Shown here: positions 12,601 to 27,600 of the stretch, one piece after another
How positions within the stretch are numbered: the first letter of the stretch is position 1
Layout of the letters: every line of letters begins with the position of its first letter
Assembly (NCBI GenBank): GCA_964035545.1
Contig: OZ037765.1
Span: 11,046,698 to 11,110,697, forward strand
Length of the DNA: 64,000 bases
Direction of reading: 5' to 3'
Origin: Bugula neritina
Taxonomy: Eukaryota > Animalia > Bryozoa
Made by a program: the position numbers and the translations under genes
Notes under the pieces: model-generated
The model's input: only the letters and a program-made list of their open reading frames with translations
Database searches by the model: none
Told to the model about the DNA's origin: nothing

Positions 12601-15600
12601 TAACTCCCACATATAAAATATTGCTATATATTATATATAAATATACAAATAAAGAATGATATTCTAGGAATAATACATTAAACAATTAGAACAATATAGA
12701 ATTATAGACCACAGCAGTTTATTCATCTAGTATTTACTCAACTAGAATATAGAAAAGTGACTTTGAATAAGTTTATTGTGTCTAACAATCGTCTTCCACT
12801 ACCTTCCATATTCTAGGGAAGAGCTCTATCCACGTATGTGTGGCCAGATCGGAGTTGATATGGGCTAGCTGGCACACGGCAGTAAGTAACGACACGGTCT
12901 TCGTACCTTGGCACATTTCCAAAAACTTTGACTGCCGAGCTAATAACTGCTGGATAGTCTACAACATATCAACAGCAAAAACATGTTTTTATTGTTAAAC
13001 CCACTACTAAACAAAAGAAGTTTTGCACTGAAACTTATTATTCAAAAATTAAAACATAACATCTTTCAGGATATCAAACGATGAGTCTGACATTAACAAA
13101 GACTAACAAGCTTGGGAGTCTTGCTATCTGTTTCCTGCATCTTCCCAAATGTGTCGGTATCGTCGGTAAACTCAATGTCAATTTCTTCCTCCTCGTTATC
13201 TATAGTCTCGATGTCCATTGGCTCCTCCTTCATCTTGGTGACTTGCACAAACGCAGCCCTCTCATGACTGTCAGCTAGAGTGACCACTGATGAAACCGGA
13301 GCCAGCTGGTAACTAGGTGCAGCACCCTGTATCTGGGTGCCATTCACAGCTACTGTCAGCACCAGCTCCAGGCACTGCTTTATCCAGAAGTGATCTAAAA
13401 ATAGATTCGGTAAACTTAGCAACGTAGTACAACAGATCTGAGGTATTTCTTGAGGTAGTAAAAACAATGAGGCAATTTTATTTACATAAATTTAGAAATG
13501 GTTTACTTTTATAAAAACATTTTTATAAATATTAAAATCACATACTAGCCATAGACTCCCAGTTTTGTGAGGAGCAAATGTACATCAGCCTATCAAACAG
13601 CCTCCTCTTAACGCTGTTTTCAAACACTTCAAAGAACTTCTGTCTAATCACAGGCTGTGTGCATCGAAGTCCAGACAGAAATGCAACCTAAAGCAAAGCA
13701 TAACAGGTAAGAGAGAAGTGCTACAGGTTTGCGGACATTTACCAGTTGCTACTTTTTCATTTTATGTCTGAAAATCTAGTTTGTTAGCAAAGATGACTAA
13801 TATAAAACAAAATTCGGAATTTTATAATACTAAATAAACAAACTTGGCTAAACTCTAGTTTTGCATATTATGCAAGCTGTTCACCTCTAGTTTAGAGGTA
13901 AGATCTGTATTGGCCAGTTCTTTCTCTCTGTAAATGTAATTTACTAGTTCAAGGAACTGAGCATTCAACTCCACGTGGCTATCGTCATTAGAGTTGAATC
14001 GTTTCTCCACATTCTGCATGAGTTTGACAAGAAGTATGACTTTCTCCTTCAGGTGAGGAGTCTGGTTCATGGAAATAGTAGTCTTAGTTTTGACCCAGTC
14101 TTCTACCATCCTTGTGATTGCCTTCATGACCTATAAAATGATGACATAGCACTAAAAGACAGCGGTATACCATGTAGCAACATAAAATACAATGATATAG
14201 GGCTGGAAGATAATTATGGAGGTATACAAATAAATCTACTGCACTTTCCTAAACTTGTTATAATAAAGGGTCTAGCATCACGAATAATTTCAAAAGCATG
14301 AACAAAAATTGTGGAGTATTTCGTAATTATAAAAGCCTTTGATGCAAACATTATATATTTAACTCACCTATATTATTTCATGCTTATGGTGCATTATTAC
14401 TGTAAGATATGTACGTACATTACCACTGTAAGATTTTGAAGTTAGTGACTATAACAAGTTACCTTGGCATCAGCACTCTTCTCTATTAAACCAACCAGTA
14501 TGGTTCCAATAAACATCTTTCTCATTTCCTGGTTCATGATACCAACTCTGTTCTTCACAAGGTCAAGGCTAAAATTGTCATCATATATTTAGCTCGATAG
14601 AAGGCAGCAAACAACATACACACATTCTACTATACCACATTATTCTACTATACCACATTATTCTACTATACCACATTATTCTACTATACCACATTATTCT
14701 ACTATACCACATTATTCTACTATACCACATTATTCTACTATACCACATTATTCTGCTATACCACATTATTCTACTATACCACATTATTCTACTATACCAC
14801 ATTATTATACTATACCACATTATTCTACTATACCACATTATTCTACTATACCACATTATTCTACTATACCTCATTATTCTACTATACCACATTATTCTAC
14901 TATACCACATTATTCTACTATACCTCATTATTCTACTATATCACATTATTCTATTATACCACATTATTCTACTGTACCACATTATTTAGCTCACAACATA
15001 ATGACCAGTACCTGAGAATGAGCAGGTCACTTGCTATTGGTATACTCTCCTGGTTGGTGGGTGCCAAGTGCTCCTTTGTCATGCGTTGCAGCACGCGCAT
15101 GAACGAGGTTATTAGTCTGTCAATATAGCCCTGATTGTGACTGCACGTAGCCTTGAGTATCATCAGGGTGCCAAAGAGAAGCGGGTGGGTCCCTGTTGTG
15201 GACTTCTCATACGAACTCAAACCCTCATACACAACCTGTAAGGACTAAAGCTAGTAAGCTCTACATCTCTTTCACTTTATCAGTAACTCCCAGTACTTTA
15301 TTACACATGTTTCTAGTAAAAACAAGCATTTTAAGATCATAATATATAACTATAAAATAAGTCAACTAATATTTATAATAATTATAATGACAGAAAGCAG
15401 AAGGGCCGCACCTTGCTAACACAAGCATATAGTACTTCAAGTTCGTCGTGTTTAGAGGCTACATTGGATGACACAGGCTCTGTTGGGAATATAGACATTA
15501 GCTTGGATAAGAGTCCATGGACAGAGCGGATAACCTAATAAATATATTAGTAAACAGCATAGTTGATATGAATATACAACAACATGAAAGTAATAAGCAC

Positions 15601-18600
15601 TATGAAGAACGTTTTCAAAACTAAAAGGTTTATATATTGCTGATGATACACTGCAAGCAAATTGATATACTATGCTAGTCAAACTTATTACAAGTATAGA
15701 GTTTAATTGGAGTAATTGTGAACCTTTGAGTTGGTGCAGTTCATGCAAGCAGCTATTCCTTTCTGCAGAGGCTTCAAACTAGAAAGGATAGTCTCCTTCT
15801 TCAATATTGTAAGTAGAAAGGTCAAAAGCTCGAGTGCTGTACAAATGTTGGAGTAGTTGGGTTGAGACGTATCCACAGACATGAACAGCTTCTCAAACCT
15901 GTACATAGAAATAGCAGTAATGAACATGATATAGAAACTATAGGTTGATGAATAAGGACAGCAGCTACATATCAACACAATGTCATCAACATCACACAGT
16001 CTATAAAACATAAGAAATAATATAAAATATAATAATCTGCACTAATAATGCAATAAAAAAGCAAACAAAAGACTACACAAAATTTTATAAACAAATACTA
16101 TTCTGAAAACAGGATGAAAATAGCAAATTATTTTTCCATATGAAAGTAAAAAAGATGATAATACTCAAACTACATACTCAAGCTTGAATTATCGTTAACT
16201 GAAGTAAAATATCATGTGTAGTGGTTATTTTCTCACCCATTCAACTTGAGATCAGCCATGGGCCAACTTTCTGATTTCAAAGCTGTTTTTATTATATTTA
16301 CTGAACGTCGTGAAAGTAGTTCTCCTGGAGATCCACCTGTTCCATTACTTTCATTAACCTGAGAGTAATTTAGTAAAAGAATAAATGAAGTTTATCTTTG
16401 TTTATTTACTAAACAGAGTTTAAAAGCTGCGGTATCTTGATGAAGAAATTATGAAAAGAACTGAACAAAACAATTTTCTTACATCCGTAAATACAATAAG
16501 ATTATGATATTAACTAATAATTCATATAAACATCTAATCACATAGTGGAAGAACGGGGTTTTTATTATAATATAACAAACAAGTACACATTAGCTCCATA
16601 ACAGGTGACACGCATGGACAAGTGACAGACATGTGTATATGCTCATTACCTGACAGGCGATTCTGAGCAGGAAATTAATAACAGCATCACAGAAATGTTT
16701 CTCTATCGGCTTGTTGACATCAGCCGCTGCCTTTCCAGGAGATGTGGCTGAGCTGCTGGCGGGAGTTGTCTGTAGTAAACAACAGAACTTCACACATGAT
16801 ACTCGGCGGCTAGGTTAGTAGACATTTTGTCTATTGCATAAAAAATATATACTTTTACTTGGGCACCTCATGTCATACTTACAGCCGAAGAGGTTGTGGC
16901 TGAGGAGGTTGTGGCTGAAGAGGTTGTGGCTGAGGAAGTCACAGGCACTTGAGGCTCTTCCTTCACAACAGTGTTTGACTCCTCCTTCACTCTTCCAATC
17001 TCCCATTTCACTATCACCTCGGCAATGTCTACTGTTAGTCTTTTCTGTTCAAAGTTAGGCTGTAGAAAAACAACTCAAATTAGTGCTGGTTGGGTAATGA
17101 TATAAGCTTACCGTATGATTTAGAATAAAAGTTATCTCAACACAACTTATAAAGGCACAACAGTTTCTTTTGGTTAAACTTTAGAAGTTACCAGAGTACC
17201 AACTAGCAAGTGGTTCCATCAAAAGCTGTAACATTACATGTATGTATATTTCCGTTAATCTTATACAGCATCTAAGAACTGAAGCTCCAAATACTTAGAG
17301 TAGTTCTCTATAAAGATTTATAGAGCTCAAGTAGTAAATATAACTAGCGAAAAAAATTGTTAACTATGAGTGGCTAAGAGTTCATGGAAAAATTAACTTA
17401 TGTTTCATGAAACCGTCTTTAGATATAATAACATAAGGAAACAGCGACTAATTATGACTTACAGTTTGTGTGAAGGCGAGTCTCTGCATGGAGGTGACCA
17501 TATGCTGAACGAGCTGGTGACGTACCGGACTGTACACCTTGTTGTGTCGAACTATAAGCTGCAGGATGTGCACCAGCTGAGCTATGGTGTGTCCCTCCTC
17601 CAGTATTATCTTCTTAGTCCAATGGATCAGCATTATCTGCACAGAGACAACAAAAATTGAATTCACAGAAGTTGACAGTTAGTTACAGCTAATGCATAAA
17701 AAATGGTTGCTCAACTTTAAATAAAAAGGTCAGCAGCTCATAGAAATTACTACACTTGACAAATGCAATATAGTTTAGAAAATCAGAATGGGTATACAAT
17801 GGTTCTAGAGATATTGTTCTGGAGCAATTCTATTGATGCACCAGGTTTCTAGTCCAATCACTGTGAGAGCCACTAGTGAGAAAGGGGTATTTGATTGCAG
17901 TCACTATTATGCTAATCAATAAAATCATATGTGGCCCTAGCAAAGAATCTCCCAAAACCGGGATCTTAACAAAAGCAACCCAAAAGCTTGATGAATAAAT
18001 CGTATTGGTATATATATATAGCTATATAGCTTATATAGTATATTATAAGCTCATAGAGTTTCTTTGCGTAAGGTTATTTATGTTATCTACATTGACTCAC
18101 ATTGCCATCTTCCATTCTACCTGGCATAGCAGGAGTTAGGATATCAAGGGCCTGTCTCACCACCGCACGGGCCTCGACTGCATGAGCTTTCAACAGACTG
18201 TGAAATACTTGCAGTACAATTCTCTTGTGAATAGCAAACTTAGCAATGATGTGGGAGAGCAGGAGGTGGCCGTTGTACTTAGTTGCTGGGTCAACACAGT
18301 TCTTAGAAAGCAAGCATGGCCACGCAAACGTCATCAGCCTTCTCAACTTGTTACCTTGACGTCTACAGACAAGGAGAATAGATAAGAGACTGGAGGCTCC
18401 ACTTGTGCCTGAGAAATGCTTGTGTGTATATAAGATACGTATCTGCAGTTTACCATAAGAAGCAGGTAAATATTTAAAGTCATGAGTGGTCTAAATCTCA
18501 AGGGGAAACAATTGTGAGTTAAAAGTATTTACAATATTATTTCACATGCATAGATACATCATATATAGCATGCATGTGAAATAATATTGGCATTTCTTTT

Positions 18601-21600
18601 TTTCACTATTTGCAGGAAATACAGTTACAAACTAGACTATATACTTGCATTACAATATCAAAAAACATTTTGTAGACAATTCAGATGGTACAATTCAAGT
18701 TTGATTAAGTATCTTCACACACAAATACACAAGCATACATACCCACGCACACACATATACGTATGAAGACAAAAGAGTTGTAACAATGACTAACTTGTTG
18801 TTGGCATCATGTATATGTGGTGAGGCATGCTCCACTAGCATACTAGAGAACTGTAGCAGAAGTATTCTGACATTGTCAGAAGTAGCAAACGGATTGTCAG
18901 GGTCTATCACCTGTTAAAAAATAAACATACTAGCTTAAAATCAGCATTATTTTCATATAATACTGAAATCATTTTACTGATTGGAACAAATTTACATTCA
19001 TTTATTATCAAACGTATGAATTATCTCAAACACAAGATTATTTTCATGTTATATAATACTGAAATTATTTTATTTATTAGAATGAACAGAAAAACAGTAA
19101 TCCTGGATAAATAAACAAAAATTATGTGGATTATCTCAGTAAAAAGCTATCAGGAAGGGGAAAATGATTGAAACTTGTTGGAACTAACACAAAGGTCATC
19201 TATTGACAAAGTGCCAAAAAATTGCTACACGCTACATCAAATTTTAAATGATTAAGGTTGTAGCCAGCACAAGTTCAAAAACACCCAGAATATAATATCG
19301 CAATATAAAACAGACCTTGTTAATAAAGACAGATATGATGTTGTCTGGGTTGTCTTGATCAGGAGCAGCTGGTCCACCTATCAATTCCTTCCCGTGTCCA
19401 GAATCAAATGCATTTTGGAAACACGGTATCAAAATCAACTGGAGCACCTATGTAACACATATATATACACAATAACGTAGAGGTATAACACTCATGCAGA
19501 GGGAAATGAGATTACATCCCAATGCATCTTAATTTCTATATTTAGTACTTTCTCAAAAACAAATAAGGTAAATCAATCTTTAACATATCCAATTTTAATT
19601 GAATGCATTGACAACATACTTTATGAAGTCATGTTAATTTTTAAGTGTCGGATGGGCTGAAAACCCAACTAATATTCTAATGATTAACTCACTTTGGCAA
19701 TCATTTCCTGAGTGAACTTGGTATCGTGGAAGATTTCAGCAAACTTAAAAAAGGCACTCCTTTTCCAGTCTATACTGTAAGTCTATTTGAAAATATAAAC
19801 AAAAGAGGCTATATGTATCACAGCATCAAACATAATAGTGGAATAAACTCAGTAAGATAAGCAATACCCTGAGAAGCTAGTAAGATACCTTAGCAACTGT
19901 CTCGTGTAGGAAGTTACGAAAGAACTGGTACTGTGGAAGAAGATGGGATGAAAAACATCTGAGCATTCTGAACAAAAGCTCTATATCGGAGTTGTCTTGC
20001 CTACAGAAATAAACCATGCAATAGTTAAAACTATTCATAATTACAATTATCTTATCGCCAAATTATTTCTCCAACTATTATCATAATATCCTAATATTAT
20101 TAAAAAAAATACAATATTATGATCGTATAGGATGATTACAATGTGGAGAAATATTCTATTTAACTAAAGATGCTAATAAAAGACTTGAATAGATTTACTA
20201 AACAGGTAATGATGTTTTACGTCAATTATGACATAGCTCACACTTTGTTATGTAATCTTGTATTTTATAATAAAGAGTGTGTCAATCAATTCGACTGTTG
20301 GCATCAAGTAACATAGCCACAAGTGTGCTAGCACCACTCAAAGGCTAGGAACACATTATGAATAAATATGTACCATAGCATGGTAGAAGTTAACATATTT
20401 TACCGAATCTAAAAAACGATAGATATTTCTATAAAACAATTAGTTAATCTAAGAAATAGAAAAGTTACAGTATAAATAATATTGACAAGTATATCGCGAT
20501 TATTGCACTCTATAGCATGACAAACTATTCAGGCAACATGGGTCATCACTGTCATCTGTATACAGACATATATTGAAAAGCGCTCTTTAATGTTAAACTA
20601 AAACATACTTGAAATAGGCCAGGAGACATTTTATGATCAGCTTTGGTTCTCGGTAAGGAAGGAGAGCGCAAGACTCACGAGCTTGTCTCAGAACAGAAAC
20701 TAGTTTCCTGTGCTTGTCATGGAAGACGTCACTTGTCCACAACTTCATCAACACTTTCAGCTGAAACAACACATATGCTATATGTCTACATACTACAAAT
20801 TGTATATATATGTATACTACAAATACTACACATCTATCTACAACGAATACTATACATCTATATAATACGAGTATAAATACTATATGTCTATATAATATAA
20901 ATACTATATATCTATATATTACAAATACTGCATGCCTATATACTACAAATAGAATAAAACATTACCCGTCAACATAACACAAATGAAGAAAACTGCTCAT
21001 TGAAGCAAAATTACTTTCAATATTCAAGCCACCACAAGGAGATATGTTAAGAATTGAGTGACAATACGTGGCAGCACTGATAGCAATGGAATGTATACAG
21101 AAGTGGCAAGTATAAGCTAGCTAGCGTAAGCTAACAGATATATGTTACTCACCACAGCTGAATTGGTTTTGATATATGAATTGTCATGCTTAGTAATGAT
21201 ATGGACAAGTTGTACACCAATGTATTGAGATTCATCTCTCGCATCTACTAAGCTGCTGCCAATAGTAGCTCCAGTCTAAAAACACAGTATACAGGATTAC
21301 ACAACTAACAAACCTAAACATAAAACTGATGAAAGTTCATAGTGTTTCTGTATGTAAAGTTATTTATGTTATCCACGTTGACTCACAATGCAGCTTCAAC
21401 TTACAACTATTTGTGTTTGCAATAATTCGATAATTTTTGGAGTTTTCTCCACAAGCTTCTCTCTGAACTTGGCGCCGTTTTCTGCGGATTTAAACTGAGC
21501 GAGAAAAACCCGTACTGTATGAGGGTCAGCCAAATATGCATCTGACAGAAACAAATCCACAGCTTCTGTTGGAAACCTGAGCAGAAACTTGAATAACGGC

Positions 21601-24600
21601 TCCTGGAATGGACTGCCACGCTAAAATACGCACAGAGTTGGGAGCATTTTCCAATGAATAGCAAGTAGACTCATTCACAACAACCATAATAACCACTTAT
21701 CTATAAATTTGTCTTGGAAAAATACCACCATATAGTAAATTCAGTCGAAAATAGAGCATTTCACGTATTCTATGCTTTTACAAGTACTAATTAAATATGG
21801 GACCAGCCATTATTGATATGCTACGGGAGCATCTACAGCCCAGAAAAAAGCACATTATAAAATACATTTGCTTTATCATATAATATACTAATTATATTAT
21901 CTCAAACATATATATTAAAAATTTCAGTTGATTGCATTAAAATAATCTAAAATATGAGTAGCATAATGCTGGCAGCTTAAAAATGTTATTATTTCAGTCA
22001 ATGAGAGATCCATTACTATTTATTAATGCCTGATAAATAAATACTAATGACTATCAGATGGAAACTATGAGGACATCCGCCAACAGTGTCTTCAGGCACT
22101 ATGGTAAAATATCTTGACTAAAACTGTCCACACAAAATGCAAAACAGCACAGTCTGTGTTTGAAATATAAACTTAGATTTGTTTGAGGTGCTTTATTCAA
22201 TCTTGTTGAGCAACCGAAGCGGTCAACACGTCTCGTTTTATTAACAAATTGCAAGCGTTTCTACATTCAATGTATATTAAAACTTACTTCAGTACACAAA
22301 CTCTTTTCCCCTTTCATAGTGATCGAGGTAAGAGGCTCCAGAATCTTGGTTGTTGCAGCTGGAATAAGATGGTAAATGTTAATGATAGCAGCACAAGTCT
22401 TAACTTCCAAGGGGATCACCATACCATTGGACTGCACTGAGCCCGCTCCTCTATTCTGGCGATGTGCCTGGCTGGTCACAGCTACTTCCAACTTTTTCCT
22501 CAGCAAAGTCTACAGACAATTTAGATATGACTTAGCAGAAGTTTATGAAAGTTCTAAAAAGTCTACGATAAACAATTGGTGGGAAACTGAGCAGTTTAAT
22601 ACAACGAATTAAATCTTGGTAAGACTTTTAAACTTTCCTTTATATTGAATAAAACACTTGAGGTAATAAAAGTATTATATGAAACTACACTATAATGAAA
22701 GTTGTATGAAAAAATGAAAGTAAAAATATAATAAACAACTTTATGACAATAGCAATACTGCATAAAATCACTCTATGCTTGTGTAATTAATTAATAAGCC
22801 TTAAACAATAATTATTTGCTCTCAGTATCCATCTAAAAATTAACACACAAATCACAGAAGTAAAAATTAAAACTTGACAAAATTTCTCAATGCATTGTCC
22901 CATCTATAATCAATTACCATCACCAAATGTGTGTATAAAATGGCAGCAGAGTCAGTTTTATTAAAACAAGTGTTTAGCCCACTTTAAAAAACCTTTCCAT
23001 CTAGGGTTCTCACAGGTATAGCGATTATTAACCCTTGTGAGCTTTTATGCTTAGTTTACTCGTCTACAAAAATCACTTTTGTTGTAAAATATAACCAGCC
23101 TATAGCACTACAGAAGAGAATGCTACACTAACCAGCAACTGATCACACAGCTTCTCGTTGAATGTGTTGGGGAAGAGCTGTGTGAGACTGGTGAGACGGT
23201 GAATGACATTGAGAGTGAGATTCCGGTAGTCACCGAGCATGTTGAGTAGAGTGCGCATTGCAGAGTGAACCTGCTCCATTTCCATCTGGAAGCCTCCGAT
23301 GAACTATATGAAGTAGAGCATAATAATAACCATGTATATTGCATGCATTATTCCCATCCAGTATCATCATAGATAGAACACCGCCAAATATTTGTAAACA
23401 TTTCTTTACACAAATACATTATATATATATATATACATATATATTATATATTATATATATTACATTATACCAATACATATTTTATATAATTAATGCAAAA
23501 ATCAATATATAATTAATGCAAAAAATGATGCTAAACTAACTGTAAATTACAACAAATTTCAAAATTATTTAAAAATAAGGCAACCAAGCTAGCTGTTATT
23601 GATAAACACAAACCGTAATGAATTTATAAAAGTAACAGCAAGAACAAAACAAACGATACTTTAGTATATCTATATAGACAGCATATAAAAACACCCACCT
23701 TCTTCATACACTCATGAGCCACCTTCTGCAGCTCTGAATTGGTAGAATTGAGTTCCTTATACAACACATTGAAGATTTTTTCTCTCATATTAACCAAGTA
23801 GTGGCAGGCTGACAGGGCACCTGCAGAAATGTCAATGAGACAGCCTGTACAATAACTTAAATAACATAATATAACCCACATTTGGTATAGTCCCTCATCT
23901 CATGAGAGACAAATCATATTCACATTTGGTAACTGGCATGGTCACTAGTCTTATAAATTACAAACCAAAGAATTTACAACTAAATACATGTGGCACAGCA
24001 GAAATTAGCATTATATTGATGTAGTACCCCAGAAGTCTGAGCAATGTAGAACACCTACGTAAAGCACTTTTCCTGAGCGGAGCAAGATTCTTGACAGATT
24101 TATAACACGGCAATTTCTGAAGAGTTGTGTCCTCTGCTTCACACAGAGTCACCAGCTCTGTGAAGAATATCTTGTGTTCCGGCACTTCAAGGTCAATACT
24201 AAACAGCTTCGGCTCCAGCATAGTGCAGAAGGTGTTGGCATCCTGACAGACGACAACTCAGGTTCATTACACAGCTATGAGTTATGTGGATATGACACTT
24301 AAAACTCATTCCAAAACTTATTTAAATTTTGAATACAAGTTAGTTATTTTTAACTCTAAAAATTCATGGCTGAGTTAATTAGAAAGACAATGATCAAAAA
24401 CTGTGAACAAACTCCCCAGACAGGCACTGAGTTCTACTGGTGAATATGGTGAGTGTGAGAAAATGTAAAGACGGCATATATCTCACCATTATACCAATCT
24501 GAGCATTAGCTGGCTGGTGCCGAAGTAAGTGTTTCTTTGGAGGAACCATATCCTGCAGGACATCCCGGTGAGGCTCCATCACCTCAGTGACTGTGGTCTT

Positions 24601-27600
24601 TCTTGCCTCTGCTAGGATCTTCAGACCATGCATCGCCTGCATAAACATCATGTGATAACTACTGATATACAATGACAAAACTACTGCTATCTAAACTGAT
24701 GACACACCAGGTGGGTCTGATTCACCAGGTTTATGAGTTTTGGAATGGAATGAGTTAATAAAGCAGAACCAATGATTACGACAGTATTATTCAGGCCAGC
24801 TCACCACCATTAGTTTGAACATAGTATGACGAACCTGTTCTCTGACAAGTGTGTTTGGAGAGGTAACCTGCCTCACTAACTCGTGCGCCACGTCATAGAA
24901 AGACTTATTCTGAACCTCCACCAGCTCTGTATCGGAACTGTCCACTTCTGCAGCACACACCTTTAGCATTTGTTCAAAATTACACTTGGCCATATCAAGA
25001 GCTCCACTGGAAACCTACAGAATACAACAACAATCACCCATGTATGGTAATGCACAGTGATAAACTGTAATTTGTGGATAAATAAATAATTTATACACGC
25101 ATTAGAATATGTGTACATCGTTCCTAGTTTCGCAACTACATCGATCAATAAACTTTAATTATAAAACATAATATATATTATGCTACAGTAGAATTTTCAA
25201 TATGAATTAAGCAGCTGTTTTTAGGTTTATTCTCCCATTATTCACACAAAATAGAAGACCCTGTACACACCTTTGCAATAAATTTAACTATTGTTTCTAC
25301 CAAAGCATATTCTAAAGATTTAATTATTCAAGCCAGAAAGCTTAAGCAACTCGAGAAGTTGCGAGCGTTTCATAATGCCCTAAGTTCAACTTTATTAGAA
25401 ATTAAATTTTTTCGTAACTGGACTGGTTTATTGTTAATGAGTCTCATTTGAAATATATATGTTTAATAGAATAATTTCCAAGCTAACAATTAAAAATAAC
25501 TCAAAAAAGCTAATATGGTATTGTACTGAACAGATTCAGAGACAGAGAAAAAAGAGTTCTACCTCTGATGTCAGGTCCATCATTATAAAGACCAGTGCTT
25601 TCAAAAAGACAAACTGATGCTGAAGTATCCACTTTTTGCTCATTCTTTCAAACATGAATTTGATAGCCGTGCACCTGAAAATACATGTGAACTGTCAACA
25701 GTAACTCGTAGAACTGCTAAGCATACTAATATATCAAAGTATATTAAAATCACTCTAATGAAAGTCCAAGGGGCAATATTTTCCTGTGTGTATCTTTATT
25801 AGGCATAAAGTTGGTCGTTATTATATACAAAAAGAGTTTTATTTATTACTCTTGTTCACATTTACTAGGCATAAGGCCGGTTAGTTACTATCTATAAGAC
25901 AGTCTGGACAGAGCATATTTTGTACACACTTACTGTCCCGCCTAGCACTAAACTGATACATACCCGCCTAGTTTAGAATACCAGGCTCTCTCATAACACA
26001 GGGCACACATCTTCTCAGCCATATAGACAAAGAGGGGCAGCTGACAAGCTCGCTCCCTGGCACCCATAATAGCAGTAGATGTCTCTAGTATAAGAACTAG
26101 GGCTATGTGTGCAGGTTTACACAACTCCTTCTCTTCATCGCCCATTACAGTGGCCAATGCATCTGCCAACAAATAAAAGTTGTTAGCAATTTCAAATAAT
26201 TGCATGAAAAATGGTAGAATAGAAAAAACTTATAATTGTTGGCTATCCGCCAACCTAAAACTCAGCAATTCGTGACTTAATAGAACTACCCGCATGTGAC
26301 AAACATTGTTTCATCACAAGAATAGCAAACCAGCTGGTCACAATAACTTCAACTTCACTTCACTAACATTAGCACAAAGACAGACAGAAACACTAACTTG
26401 GGACCATAAACTTGGAGTAATCACCTACAGCGTTAGTAGCACCATTGTTTAAATGCTTGTAAATATAGCACACAACCTATAGTCTATACTCTATAGTCTA
26501 TTACCTATGAGCACATAAGCATCTGTTCCTTGTAACTTGGAGAACTTGTCTCCCAGCATGAAAGGGCCAGCCTGTTGGGCCACCAGAGCCATGGTGAAGT
26601 GCCGTACTAGTGATGTCATGAAGGGGACAACTCCACTTTGTAGCTCCTTGATACTAGCAGCAACTGAATATATAACAAGCAAAGTATGCGTTAGTCATCC
26701 AAAATACTGTTCACTAAACATTCAGCAACAAGTTCAGATGGGCAATTCAACAAAAAAGGTGTCCAAAGCAAACACAAATAAATAATGTGTTGTGTGTTGT
26801 TTACTCTCGAAAACATTGTGCTACTGAAAAAATAAGTATAAGCATAAACTTTTATTTTAGATCATAATAATATCAAGCTGTATTGTAAAAAAAACTATCA
26901 AAAATTTACATTCCAAATGGTATTTATTTGAAAAATATGAGGTTTGCATCATTTCAACAATCTGGTCACAAAAATAAATTATTAAAACATAATTAAAGAT
27001 ATAACAGATAATTGCAGATATAACATATATAATTACATACCAAACATGGCACTGAGGGCTTTCTGCATCACCGATCTCACATGCAGGTCTGAACATTCAT
27101 ACAGACTGTGGTGGTTGAGACTCTGGATGGGGCCGTCTTGGAAGTTGTGATGGAGGAGTAAATGTGTCAAGGTCACTTTGTCATCATCCAGGTTAACAGC
27201 AGACACGAGGAAACACTTGACGAGATTCCAGGCATGTTTGCGATAGAAGATGTCAGTGCTTGAGGTCTTCAGCGTTTGCAGAGCGCATTCGACAGACTAC
27301 AACAGTGTTTTAACATACAGGCATGATCTTTCAAACACCTTGAACAATAAAACAGCTTAAAACACTAAGACAATACTTGAAAAGTTAATTTCAAAACACA
27401 GAGTTCTGAAGTAAATAGGCTAATATGAATATAATATCACAGAATTATACAACTAGTGTGAAACTCTGCTGGTAGAAATATGCAAAAACCACCTTCTCTA
27501 TAGGCAGATGGATAGCTGTCTTGCAGTCCTGGAAGTGAACAATGACAGAAGGGCCAGCTGTCGGTCTCTGGTTGTAAACCAGACCCTGCGGCTCTCTCAG

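Noticed and set aside
14581-14928. (MWYSRI)n ORF / CRISPR-like periodicity
   Set aside because: Head-to-tail 18-bp minisatellite with no unique spacers, inside a eukaryotic intron.
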